This document shows positions 13,701 through 24,744 of a stretch of 64,000 nt of DNA, in pieces (position 1 is the stretch's first letter; each line of letters opens with the position of its first letter). A program made the position numbers and the translations under genes. This stretch comes from Botryllus schlosseri (lineage: Eukaryota). The notes beneath the pieces were generated by a model. The model saw only the letters and a program-made list of their open reading frames with translations, was not told the DNA's origin and ran no database searches. The stretch lies in contig CM119379.1 of the NCBI GenBank assembly GCA_051294905.1, positions 22,382,001 through 22,446,000 of the forward strand. The letters run 5' to 3'.

Positions 13701-15657
13701 TTCAAGAAGGTACACCAACACAAACGAAAGCAAAAGCGAGACGAAAATTTGAGAAAGCGAGAAGAAAAATTGAAAGAGCTGGAAGCTATTGAAGGCGAAA
13801 TACGTCGCTTGGAAGTGAGTGCAATAATGATGCATCGGTATACCATGATAGGACAATGGCGAATGCTCACTTCAACCGATCATTATTTTGATTCCTTTAA
13901 CATATGTGTAGGAACACAAGACTATGTTGGATATGAAAGAAGAAACCTGGCTGCGGGGTGGATTCGAACAAGAGTTGGGAGTCATTCAAGACTTGAAAAA
14001 TCGACAAGACAAATTGAAAAAGATCGTGATAGACCTTCAACAGAGAAAAGAGCAAGGACACCAATTTTACCACGAAACGCGCGAAAAGGTGGAGTAAAGT
14101 TTGCTGTATGCGATCATGGGTAGGGTATATATAGTCCGGATTGGAATGATAGCCTATCAGCTCTGCGGAATTCAGGGCAGCATGATTGCTGATGAACAGT
14201 AGAAAAAGACTGGAATAAAAATAAGAAACCACCAGACTTCGCATCTCAATGACCAAGCGTACTTATTTGTTACTGCAGATTATGCACCTGGACTCCGAAT
14301 ACGAGCAACTCGACCGCGAGTACGAGTACGTCAAACGGCTCGCCGCGGCGATGCTCCCGATGTTATGGAAGACAGGCGCGTTCCAGCAACTTCCCATCAA
14401 TTCAGTGAAACCGAACCGAGTGAGCAATTTCGATATTTATTAACGGATCAGGCAGTGACAGTATTTGACTCTCGTCACGTTAAGGAAGAGGGATTGATAT
14501 ATACCTGATTTTCACATCATATAGGTTATACATTTTTACTATCGTTTTTCATTATACAACATCTTACCGGCCCAGTTTCGCTATATGTATGCTCCATAGG
14601 CCTATCGACCTTTCGCGTTATAGTTGGTTTTGGGGATCTAAGTTACCTTGTATCTATTCATTAGTCGGATGACTGAACCTTCTCAAATTACATTTAGATA
14701 TCTCACGATAAAGAAGCTGAGGAGCAAATCTATCCCATGACGCAACCGAAGGGAGTTGCCATGGTGATCAGCAACGACGAAGATATGCTGCATAAGCCAA
14801 GTTCGAGAAAGCTTGCCACGACAAGAGAGAGAATCACTCCTCTACCAGGCTCACACGTAACCCCTGTCGCTCCAGCTGGATCGCCAACAGAAAACAGCCT
14901 GCCTGCTCTAATCAATTGCTTCACCGCGCTGAGCGCACAGCTGGGATTTTACATCATGCCGCGTCGCCAGTTGACGAGTTCGGCTGTAAATCACAACCTG
15001 GCATCTCTTTCTGAGCAATACAGAGGGTTCGCCTGCGGCCTGAATTCGATAATGCTCTTTTTGTCGGCGAGGTCAGACGAATACGGTAGGCCGCTGGGCG
15101 CGGACGAGACAAAGTCACAGGCGTCCGTCGCTAGATACTTGAAACATTTCTCCCATTCCCAATGTCCGTCCTTGATAGGTAAGCCGAAAATATTCGTGCT
15201 GCTGCTGAGAGTTACAGTCCGTGACCCGAAAGCGCCTACTTTGAAAGGAACACAGAAAAAGAAGCCAGAATTATTTTCAAACGCTACTAAATCTGATTTA
15301 GCAACCAGTGTCTTCAAACCTGAAACCATAGACATATCCGAATTCGGAGAGGATATTCTTTTGATAAGAATCATGCACCAGAATGCAGGCGGGGTCGAAG
15401 CCGCGCCCACCTTCGGCGGTACTAACGTGTCTCACGCTGACAAACTACCGTGGTACCTTCAGATTCTGATTGGGGCGATGATGGAGCAATGTTGCTACAA
15501 AGACCTTCTATCCATACTCGGGTATGTGAAAGAAGAAATCGCTTTAGGACCAAAAGCGAGGGCGTCTCCGACTCCAAAAACCGATGTAGACGATGACGTT
15601 GAAATGTTCATCGATCACTCGCTCAAGAAAAAGCTTTATCTTATGCCTGGCATCTGA
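10783..15657 (+). CDS. Coiled-coil protein with C-terminal catalytically dead caspase-like domain (~805 aa)
   Basis: Ten exons with canonical AG/GT in continuous frame: 10783-10863, 11103-11363, 11981-12193, 12256-12419, 12647-12754, 12820-12996, 13679-13814, 13912-14088, 14279-14419, 14698-15657 (2418 nt including the stop). Exons 5-9 are E/K/R/L-rich heptad-like sequence. Exon 10 has caspase hallmarks YPM..PKGVAMVISN, LGF, F....CPSLIGKPKIF, PWYLQ.L, DLLSILGYV and SLKKKLYLMPG. The start ATG is the first plausible one; upstream exons are not excluded. Confidence 0.85.
14698..15657 (+). CDS. Terminal exon encoding a complete pseudo-caspase domain (p20 + linker + p10)
   Basis: Acceptor CATTTAG at 14691-14697 lies 39 nt upstream of, and in frame with, ORF 14737..15657. 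The LSHG position reads LSAR (15061-15072) and the QACRG position reads LLLRV (~15199-15213). Confidence 0.88.
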   Translation: MSHDKEAEEQIYPMTQPKGVAMVISNDEDMLHKPSSRKLATTRERITPLPGSHVTPVAPAGSPTENSLPALINCFTALSAQLGFYIMPRRQLTSSAVNHNLASLSEQYRGFACGLNSIMLFLSARSDEYGRPLGADETKSQASVARYLKHFSHSQCPSLIGKPKIFVLLLRVTVRDPKAPTLKGTQKKKPELFSNATKSDLATSVFKPETIDISEFGEDILLIRIMHQNAGGVEAAPTFGGTNVSHADKLPWYLQILIGAMMEQCCYKDLLSILGYVKEEIALGPKARASPTPKTDVDDDVEMFIDHSLKKKLYLMPGI

Positions 15658-16042
15658 TCCGTCCACGTGGGCTATACGTCATTAATCAATCAAAGTATAG
15701 ATTGATGATAATGATATGGAATGGAAGGATTTAGCCTGTTATTCATGTTGTATATGTACGTGAGGTACGTAGAGGTCTTTGTAAAATGTATTAGAGCCTA
15801 TCTATGAATATACGCAGATTTCGCGGTGACTGTAATAGATATTTCTTTGCAATCAATCAGCGCGGCGAAGCATAATTGGTGCTGTCAGCAACGATGATAC
15901 GTGATGCTGGTACAAGCATGCCTTACCCAAGTATACCGTTAAAATCTCAGATAAAATTGCCTTGCCGATGTGGGCAATCTCATAAATTATGTGCAAATAC
16001 TTGAGATCGTCTTTTATGGAGTTGGTCAGTTTTTGGTGTATA

Positions 16043-16105
16043 TTTTTTTTGTGGTGTATTGAACTGATAAAATTGCTAATAAACCAATGATGATGATGAT
16101 GATGA
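16043..16105 (+). mobile_element. LINE (CR1/L2-group-like) extreme 3' end with (ATG)n tail
   Basis: TTTTTGTGGTGTATTGAACTGATAAAATTGCTAATAAACCAATGATGATG is identical to 63064-63123. Confidence 0.7.
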
Positions 16106-17440
16106 CATAATATTTCAACTTCGTTGTTTTAATCTGAAATTCAACTGTAATACGGTAACCTCGCATTAACGTAGCCTTTACCGTGTTACAGTTAAAATAA
16201 ATGGTACCTCTCGTTCTCATTGTAAATCCAGCGGCCATGAGTTCAGTTCTATTGTTTTGTGTTTTATATTACAGAGCATTATTCTCGTTTCCGTATTCTT
16301 GCTATTTGAACGACGTGTAGTCATGTAAGACCATTGAATGATGAAAGCTTTTTAGTGCAACACATAACACGTGTGAATGGAAGTATTAACGCTAGTGAAC
16401 GCAGCTCGTGTAGCCGAGTGGCATCATGTTATCGGCTTTATTATTCAATGCTACGATACCAGTGTGTAGGTGTACGACTGTGTACGTGCGTGCATTTGTA
16501 CTATTTAAATTGATCGGTAGTTCTGAAGTCTCAAGATGATGTGTAACCATTCACTAATCAAAATCGTCAGGAGCATCGTTTCTGGGAAATCGTGATTTCA
16601 TTCGGCAAATAGTTTCCCAATTATGAGGGTTGAGATAGATTCAATGATCATTTTTCGCATCATAAATGCCCATTGCTTGTAGGCAACTAACTAACTACGT
16701 TTGTCCAGCAGTGGCGTAGGTAGGTAGCAAAGGCCTATGTCGCTATTTACGAATATCATGTTATGTAAATATCCAAGCAATGTAATGACCTTTCGTCGAG
16801 GGCCCTCATGAGAATATTGCGTTAACATAGATCTGTAGCTATCGTTAGATCTTTGGATATACCGAATTTAGCGCGTAGCCTGCGATATGAAGCGAGCGAG
16901 TCACAGGTTAGTGATACATGATATGACGAACAGTTCAGCACATATTCGTCAGAAAGGAATTAGCAAGTGTGCACGAAATCTGTATTTTGCCATGACAGAT
17001 CAGATAGTAATGCTCTGCTATGGCTTGTTAACTACTGTCTAACGAATTCTGCAATCATCCATATTTTGTGGATTACATAGCTTAGCTCGGTGGTGATGAC
17101 TTGTTAAGCCAGCTAAGGCATAGCATTTCCAGTTACCAATTTTACGCTTCGACGGGTCACCAGCGAGCAATCTGAGATCGCGTTTGCGTTACGCCAGCTG
17201 ATTTGAAGATTTGCGGATTGTTGTTGCAACGCTATATTCAACATAGGCTACTTCCTCTGATGGTGGCCGCGAAAGCGCAGTTGTATTTGAGGCTCGTAGC
17301 AATCATCCAGATATAAGAACTATGCGAAAAGGCTTCTGTCTTGAGAATCAAAAATAAGACGTCAGGCGAACGACCGGATAAATGTGAGCAGAGCGAGACG
17401 CTTCAGATTAGATATGATTGGAATAGTCTTGCTTTTCTAT

Positions 17441-17548
17441 ATTATATTCTTTTACTTTTCATTCAGTGTGCAGTGTGCAGTGCAGTGTGCATGCCTCCTC
17501 GTTACATCCCTTAGGCCAAGGTGGGTGTCTGATTTCAAAGACTACTCC
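17441..17548 (+). mobile_element. LINE 3'UTR fragment
   Basis: TTTACTTTTCATTCAGTGTGC...ATGCCTCCTC.TTACATC.C.TAGGCCAAGGTGGGTGTC.GATT.CA.AGACTACTCC matches 62945-63024 and, inverted, ~62420-62500. Confidence 0.7.
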
Positions 17549-17761
17549 AAATTTCCGTACAATTCTGTATGAATACCGTACATTGAAGGGGTTCAGATAT
17601 ATCCCTATCGAAGTCGACCACATTCAATATACTGTGTTCTATTGTTCACAAAACAACATGCAATGCGAGTGAAAATTATTGATACCTTTCATTAATATTT
17701 CAGGCCTATTGCAAAACGATCTATGCGCCATTATCGGGTGTCAGATAGAGCCTTTTGACTT

Positions 17762-18259
17762 TTGACAATGTCAGAAGCTACGTCTATGACCGATGGTGGT
17801 CAGTCGTATTCTCTATTATTTGAGATTACGGTCGCTATTGGAACTACTATTTTAGCGGCGTTTCTGTGTAACAATAGACGGAGAAAGTCTGCGGCTTCCA
17901 CCGGTAGGTCGGATGAGCTTGACTCTGAGAACGAACTAAAAAGCAGTGATGACGACAAAGGAGAAATTCCAGATGTCTCTAGAAAGGAAGAGAAACCTCT
18001 ACTCTCTGACACAAAAGAAATCGAATTAGGCGGACAAAATAAGAAACCCGAGTCCGTCTCAACACAAACGGAATTATCCCCAATCGAAGAGCGAATCATC
18101 TGGAAAGCCATACTCGTCGATCCGTTTGAAAGTTCGAAGCTACGCTACAAATCGGAACTATACATCGACGTCGATGGTACCATTACTCGGACTGAGTCAT
18201 TTCAGCGCGAAGGACTGGTCGGGGTTGGCATGAAACAAATATTGGCAAAATTACAATGA
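17762..18259 (+). CDS. Intronless 165-aa protein: N-terminal TM/signal-anchor, acidic linker, unknown C-terminal domain
   Basis: Open ATG..TGA reading frame. Hydrophobic LLFEITVAIGTTILAAFLC is followed by NNRRRK (positive-inside rule). The C-terminal YKSELYIDVDGTITRTESF motif is shared with the last exon at 48317-48545. Confidence 0.75.
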   Translation: MTMSEATSMTDGGQSYSLLFEITVAIGTTILAAFLCNNRRRKSAASTGRSDELDSENELKSSDDDKGEIPDVSRKEEKPLLSDTKEIELGGQNKKPESVSTQTELSPIEERIIWKAILVDPFESSKLRYKSELYIDVDGTITRTESFQREGLVGVGMKQILAKLQ

Positions 18260-19076
18260 AGTATTCGTCAGTCATGCACGTAACAATGAGAAGATCATGC
18301 GCCTCGTGGATCTTAGATATGACCAATATTCAAAATGCCTTACAGCCGAACTTCCGCAGGCCTATAGAGAACGCATTCCTTCAGTAACCAAGTCGTGAGT
18401 CACGCTATTGATCACCGACGCATTTGTGTGCAGTATATATAGTACAATGTACGTACGGACACTGAACAATTTATCTGGTTCGAAGTAATTGATACGGGCA
18501 TACTTTTGTAACAACTAAAGCGTGTTGTATTAGATTTTAATATATATCAGAAACGGGTTTGGTTTATCAGTGCTGGCAATGAATTAACAAATTTGGAAGA
18601 TGCCGTTTGCAGATTAATAAGCAAATGATCATCGCATTCATACGCCGTCGCTGTTATCAGTGTTCAGAATAGTTAATAAACTCAGACGGCTCGGAGACGT
18701 ATGTGAATTGCATCGTTATTTTCAAATAAAAACAACTAATTACTGTTAGTAGCAATTAATATACGTAAAATTGTGATGATATAATTTACATTAGAATGTT
18801 CTACAAGTACGGGTAAATAAGCTGATTCTACCCTTCTGCCATCAAGATGTCATCATCTAGAAAAATGAAGAATCATTGTCGACTCCCAGCATGTTACAAT
18901 GTTCTGAGTTCATGGATGGCATTGCCGAATGCTGATAATCCTACAATTGACATCAATATTATGAAGATACTGAGTTAAAAATATAGAAGTTTCCCTGAAC
19001 CGGATTGTATGTTCATTTACAATGAAAGTTTATCATCGGGATAGCTTCTTATCCTACAGCACCAGTGGCTATAGTG

Positions 19077-19372
19077 TAGGGTTACCATACGTACTCCTTT
19101 AGGAGGATTTGTCCTCCTTTTTAAGGTTTTTGAAAATGTCTCCCGAGGATGCCTAAATGTCCTCCTGTCCTCCTTTTTGGCAATTCGTCCTCCTTTACAG
19201 CTTTTAGAGCTAAGATGAGGGATAGATTTTGGGCATAAATGACGATAAACAGGAAATTCGTGGTTCGAACGTAAGTGGTCATTTTTTCTAGTCAACCAAC
19301 CACAAGTTCGTGGTAAATTTACCATTTTAAAAATGTGTCCTCCCTTCCCGATTCCAATATATAGTAACCCTA
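19077..19372. mobile_element. hAT-like MITE, TAGGGTTACCAT family (copy 2)
   Basis: Ends TAGGGTTACCAT...ATAGTAACCCTA; perfect 8-bp TSD CTATAGTG on both sides. Confidence 0.9.
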
Positions 19373-20573
19373 CTATAGTGGCTATTGATATATCTGTAGT
19401 TTACGTTGCATACGACTTGTTCTCAAATCGTAGTGGCTTGTGTTTAATTAGCATAGGTATTACATACGGCGTGGCAAAAAAGGAAATACTTTTTCTTGAT
19501 TTGACTGTAACCTTGCACTTTTCGGCAGACTTTGGTAGCCGATCCGTTGTTATATAGGTTGCATTTATTTTGAGTTTTAGTGTGGCCACCAAGCGTCTAG
19601 TGCTGAGTATGGTTAATGAACACTTGGTGGACACAAGACCAAGAATTGTTTATATAGCTCAGTGATTGTCACATATTAGAACGCCTAAAACTGAGGGCAA
19701 CAATAAAGTATCACCGCGGAAAATTGAATGGGGATCCAGTCTCCCATGCTCTCTCTGAAAACAACAGTATCAAGTGTTTTTCCGCATATGCTAGCGTCTT
19801 GCGCGATATAAATTTGTAGGCTGTACCTAAAGATAAAATCTTGTCGCGATCCTGATCCAGCATATCGGTTGAAAAGCGAAATCCTGCTCTTATCCTGTTC
19901 GACTTACGAATCCAAAAATGTTGCAGGATTCGAGTCCCGTATTCCTGATCCAGTACACCTCTACCGGAGAGTGAACCCATCGCCATCGCTAAGTCCGCGC
20001 ATTTTCTACATGCGTGACGTCATTATGCGCGATAGATGGTACCCCTGTATAGTAGGTAGCGTCGTTGAAACGTGATTTCCTTCATTCCTGGATTGTTACA
20101 TCTTACCGTTAAAATCGTGAAACAAGCTTACATACCATTACGGTAACCACGGGCAAACCGTCCGCATGTCGGTACATCGCCCTAAAGTCGACTCATCAGG
20201 ATCATAATAAGAAATATATCCAGCGGCGTGGGAGCATATGCTGCCGCCCATGGCTTTCGTTGAAAATGTCGCCCAAATAGTTTCAATCCTCCCAATTCTA
20301 TTTACTGGGAATCTTGTTGTGTTGACTAAAAAAGATCACAGCCTCACATTTTGCCGCCCCGTAGCAGCGTGCGGCCCATGGCGCAGTGCCATAAGCGCTA
20401 AGTGGCTGCTACGCCACTGAATATATCGACTTGGTGTAAAAGGAAAATAGTGGTCGAAATACCACGAATACCACAACAACAACAACAAAACAAGATTGCA
20501 TCTGAAAAAGTTGACTCGGGTCGTTCCAACACTGCTTGGTGTGTCTTTTTGGCGCTGCAAAGCTGGTGCCTAA

Positions 20574-20966
20574 TAGTGCGGAGCGGATCGACAAATTCTC
20601 TGGTCCGGCTCCGATCCGGTTGTTCAATGCTCTGGTCCGGCTCCGGCCGTATCAGGAAAAAGTACTGATCCGGCTCCGGCCAAAAATGAAAAAATCCGGC
20701 CCTATACGGTACGGGGGTTCCGTGAATTGATAAATATGTCTCGTTTATGTTCGCAATGGCTTGGCGGTTACTTGCATGTGATTGGTTGGTAGTTATTTAG
20801 TTATAAAAGTCATGCTTATCCATAAAGATTCTGGCCGTATCAAAAAAGTAGCGATCCGGCTCCGGCCGTAACAGAAAGAATACTGATCCGGCTCCAATCC
20901 GGTCCGACCAAAATTGTAAAAATCCGGCCGGATATCCAATCCGGCTCCGGTCCATGCTCCGCACTA
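20574..20966. mobile_element. hAT-like MITE with CCGGCTCCGG subterminal repeats
   Basis: 11-bp TIR TAGTGCGGAGC / GCTCCGCACTA; TSD GTGCCTAA / GTGCATAA (7/8). Confidence 0.85.
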
Positions 20967-21195
20967 GTGCATAATAGTCCCGCAACCGCGGGGAGTTGGA
21001 TTCAATTCTGCACATCATGCGTATGACCGAGGGGCGAAGAAAATTCCAAGTTGGATCCATCTGCTCAAAAATACGCCACCTTATGTTAATTTACGAAAAA
21101 ATTTACGGGGGACATGGCCTCTTTGCCCCTTGCTACGCCTTTGTTCTAATCGACTCAAACTATCGTGTGCTACTCTTTGCCGATTTCTGCTACAG

Positions 21196-24100
21196 GGTTG
21201 GTTCGATTGGTTTGAAATAAGGACAGATTTGTTTGAAATGAGGAGAGTCTCATGTTTGAAATGAGGATAGTCATGTCAGAAATAAGGATAGTCATGTTTG
21301 AAATAAGGATAGTCGCTATATTCACTATAAAGTCAGTTGCAGTACCAGACACGACTTCCCAGTGGTAACCCAGTCCGAATACATCCCAGACATGATGTCC
21401 GAACACGCCCCAGACACGATGTCCTAGCGTCAACACAGTCCTAACATACCCCAGACATGATGTCCGAACACGCCCCAGACACGATGTCCGAATAGCAGCA
21501 CAGGCCGAACACACCCCAGACATGATGTTCAAACACGTGCAAGACACGATGTACGAGTGTCAATACAGGCCTAACATCACGCCCAAGACACCATGTCAGA
21601 ATGGCAACACAGACCGAACAGGCCCCAGACACCATGTCCTAGTGTCAACTCAGATCCGAAAACAACCCAGACACCATGTTTGAATGGCCAAACATGCCCC
21701 AGACAAGATGTCCGACTGGCAGCACAGGCCGAACACACCCCAGACATGATGTCCAAACACGCCCCAGACACGATGTCCGGGTATCAACACAGGCCGAAAA
21801 CGCCCAAGACACCATGTCCGAATGGCAACACAGGTCGAACATACCCCAGACATTATGTCAAAACACGCCCAAGACACCATGTCCGAATGGCAACACGGAC
21901 CGAACACGCCCCAGACAGGATGTCCGATTATTGGCAACACAGGCCGAACACACCCTAGACATGATGTCCAAACACGCCCAAGACACGATGACCGATTGGC
22001 AGCACAGGCCGAACACACCCCAGACATGATGTTCAAACACGCGCCAGACACGATGTACGAGTGTCATTACAGGCCTAACACGCCCAAGACACTATTCTGA
22101 ATGTCAACACAGACCGAACACTCCCCAGACACGATGTCCTAGAGTCAACTCAGATCCGAAAACAACCCAGACACCATGTTTGAATGGTCGAACATGCCCC
22201 AGACACGATGTCCGATTGGCAGCACAGGCCGAACACACCCCAGACATGATGTCCAAACATGCCCCAGACACGATGTCCAATTGCCAGCACAGGCCGAACA
22301 CGCCCTAGACACCATGTCCGAATGACAATACAGACCGAACACGCCCCAGACACGATATCCGAGTGTCAACTCAGACCGAACACAACCCAGATACCATGTT
22401 TGAATGGCCGAACACGGCCCAGACACGAAGTCCGATTGGCAGCACAGGCCGAACATACTCCAGACATAATGTCCAAACACGCCTCAGACACCCCCCCCCT
22501 AACCCCCCCCCCCAGACACGATGTTAACAAGGTTAGTCATGTTTGAAATACGGTCAGTCTCGTGTTTGAAATAAGGATAGTCATGTTAGAAATGAGGATA
22601 GTCATGTTTGATATAAGGATAGTCATGTTTGAAATAAGGTTAGTCTCATGTTTGAAATGAGGATAGTCATGTTAGAAATAAGGATAGTCATGTTTCAAAT
22701 AAGGATAGTCGCTATATTCACTTTAAAGACAGTTGCAGTACCAGGCACGACTTCCCGGTGGTAACCAGTCCGAACACATCCCAGACATGATGTCCGAACA
22801 CGCCCCAGACGCGATGTCCTAGCGTCAACACAGTCCTAACATACCCCAGACATAATGTCTGAATGGCAGCGCATGCCGAACACGTCCCAGACACGTTGTG
22901 CGATTGGCAACACAGCCCCCCTCCCCAGACATGATGTTAATAAGGTTGGTCATGTTTGAAATACGGTCAGTCTCGAGTTTGAAATAAGGATAGTCATGTT
23001 AGAAATGAGGATAGTCATGTTTGATATAAGGATAGTCATGTTTGAAATAAGGTTAGTCTCATGTTTGAAATGAGGATAGTCATGTTAGAAATAAGGATAG
23101 TCATGTTTGAAATAAGGATAGTCGCTATATTCACTATAAAGACAGTTGCAGTACCAGGCACGACTTCCCGGTGGTAACCAGTCCGAACACATCCCAGACA
23201 TGATGTCCGAACACGCCCCAGACACGATGTCCTAGCGTCAACACAGTCCTAACATACCCCAGACATATTGTCTGAATGGCAGCGCATGCCGAACACGTCC
23301 CAGACACGTTGTGCGATTGGCAACACAGTCCCCCCCCCCCATCCCCCCAGACATGATGTTAATAAGGTTGGTCATGTTTGAAATACGGTCAGTCTCGAGT
23401 TTGAAATAAGGATAGTCATGTTAGAAATGAGGATAGTCATGTTTGATATAAGGATAGTCATGTTTGAAATAAGGTTAGTCTCATGTTTGAAATGAGGATA
23501 GTCATGTTAGAAATAAGGATAGTCATGTTTGAAATAAGGATAGTCGCTATATTCACTATAAAGTCAGTTGCAGTACCAGGCACGACTTCCCAGTGGTAAC
23601 CAGTCCGAACACATCCCAGACATGATGTCCGAACACGCCCCAGACACGATGTCCTAGCGTCAACACAGTCCTAACATACCCCAGACATAATGTCTGAATG
23701 GCAGCACATGCCGAACACGTCCCAGACACGTTGTGCGATTGGCAACACAGTCCCACCCCCCCCCCCCCCCACCCCCCAGACACGATGTTAATAAGGTTGG
23801 TCATGTTTGAAATACGGTCAGTCTCGTGTTTGAAATAAGGATAGTCATGTTAGAAATGAGGATAGTCATGTTTGATATAAGGATAGTCATGTTTGAAATA
23901 AGGTTAGTCTCATGTTTGAAATGAGGATAGTCATGTTAGAAATAAGGATAGTCATGTTTGAAATAAGGATGGTCGCTATATTCACGATAAAGTCAGTTGC
24001 AGTACCAGGCACGACTTCCCAGTGGTAACCAGTCCGAACACATCCCAGACATGATGTCCGAACACGCCCCAGACACGATATCCGAGTGTCAACTCAGTCC

Positions 24101-24484
24101 GAACACAACCCAGACACCATGTTTGAATGGCCGAACACGCCCCAGACACGATGTCCTATTGGCAGCACAGGCCGAACACACCCCAGACATGATGTCCAAA
24201 CACGTCCCCGACACGATATCCGATTGGCAACACAGGCCGAACACGCCCCAGACACCATGTTTGAATGGCAATAGCACAGGCTGAACACGCCCCAGACATG
24301 ATGTCCGAACTCGCCGCAGACACGATGTCCGAGTGTCAACACAGGCCGACACGCCCCAGACATAATGTCTGAATGGCAGCACATACCGAACACGTCCCAG
24401 TCACGATGTGCGATTGGCAACACAGTCACAACACCCCCCCCCCAGACACGATGTTAACAAGGTTGGTCATGTTTGAAATACGGT
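21196..24484 (+). repeat. Left arm: 21-bp minisatellite (ATGTTTGAAATAAGGATAGTC) blocks, 24-bp CCGAACACGCCCCAGACACGATGT units with ~17-bp linkers, and ~420-bp higher-order units
   Basis: Direct reading; higher-order units restart after poly-C tracts near 22510, 22925, 23345 and 23775. Confidence 0.9.
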
Positions 24485-24744
24485 CCTTGTCAAATGAGCC
24501 CAGCGGCAAACACAGGCGACCCGCAATAAATGCAAGGGACATTAGTATTGGCCGAACTCATACATTAACTTTGAAACCCCAATTTAACAATACCGATCTT
24601 GATCGAAAGCTATTCCGGAAATACAATTTTAAAGATGGCAGGTCAACGGAACCACCCAGAAATATAGCCGTCCAAGTCTGAAATCTGAAAATCGGCATTG
24701 TTCCTAATGATCGCTCGATAAAATTCCCATTATCCTGGTCAATT

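Noticed and set aside
278-15657. Functional link between RASA1 (a known caspase-3 substrate in mammals) and the adjacent pseudo-caspase
   Set aside because: Adjacency in an animal genome is weak evidence, and the known cleavage sites lie upstream of the window.
16401-16470. tRNA/SINE-like start GCTCGTGTAGCCGAGTGG
   Set aside because: An A-box-like motif only; no B-box or cloverleaf follows.
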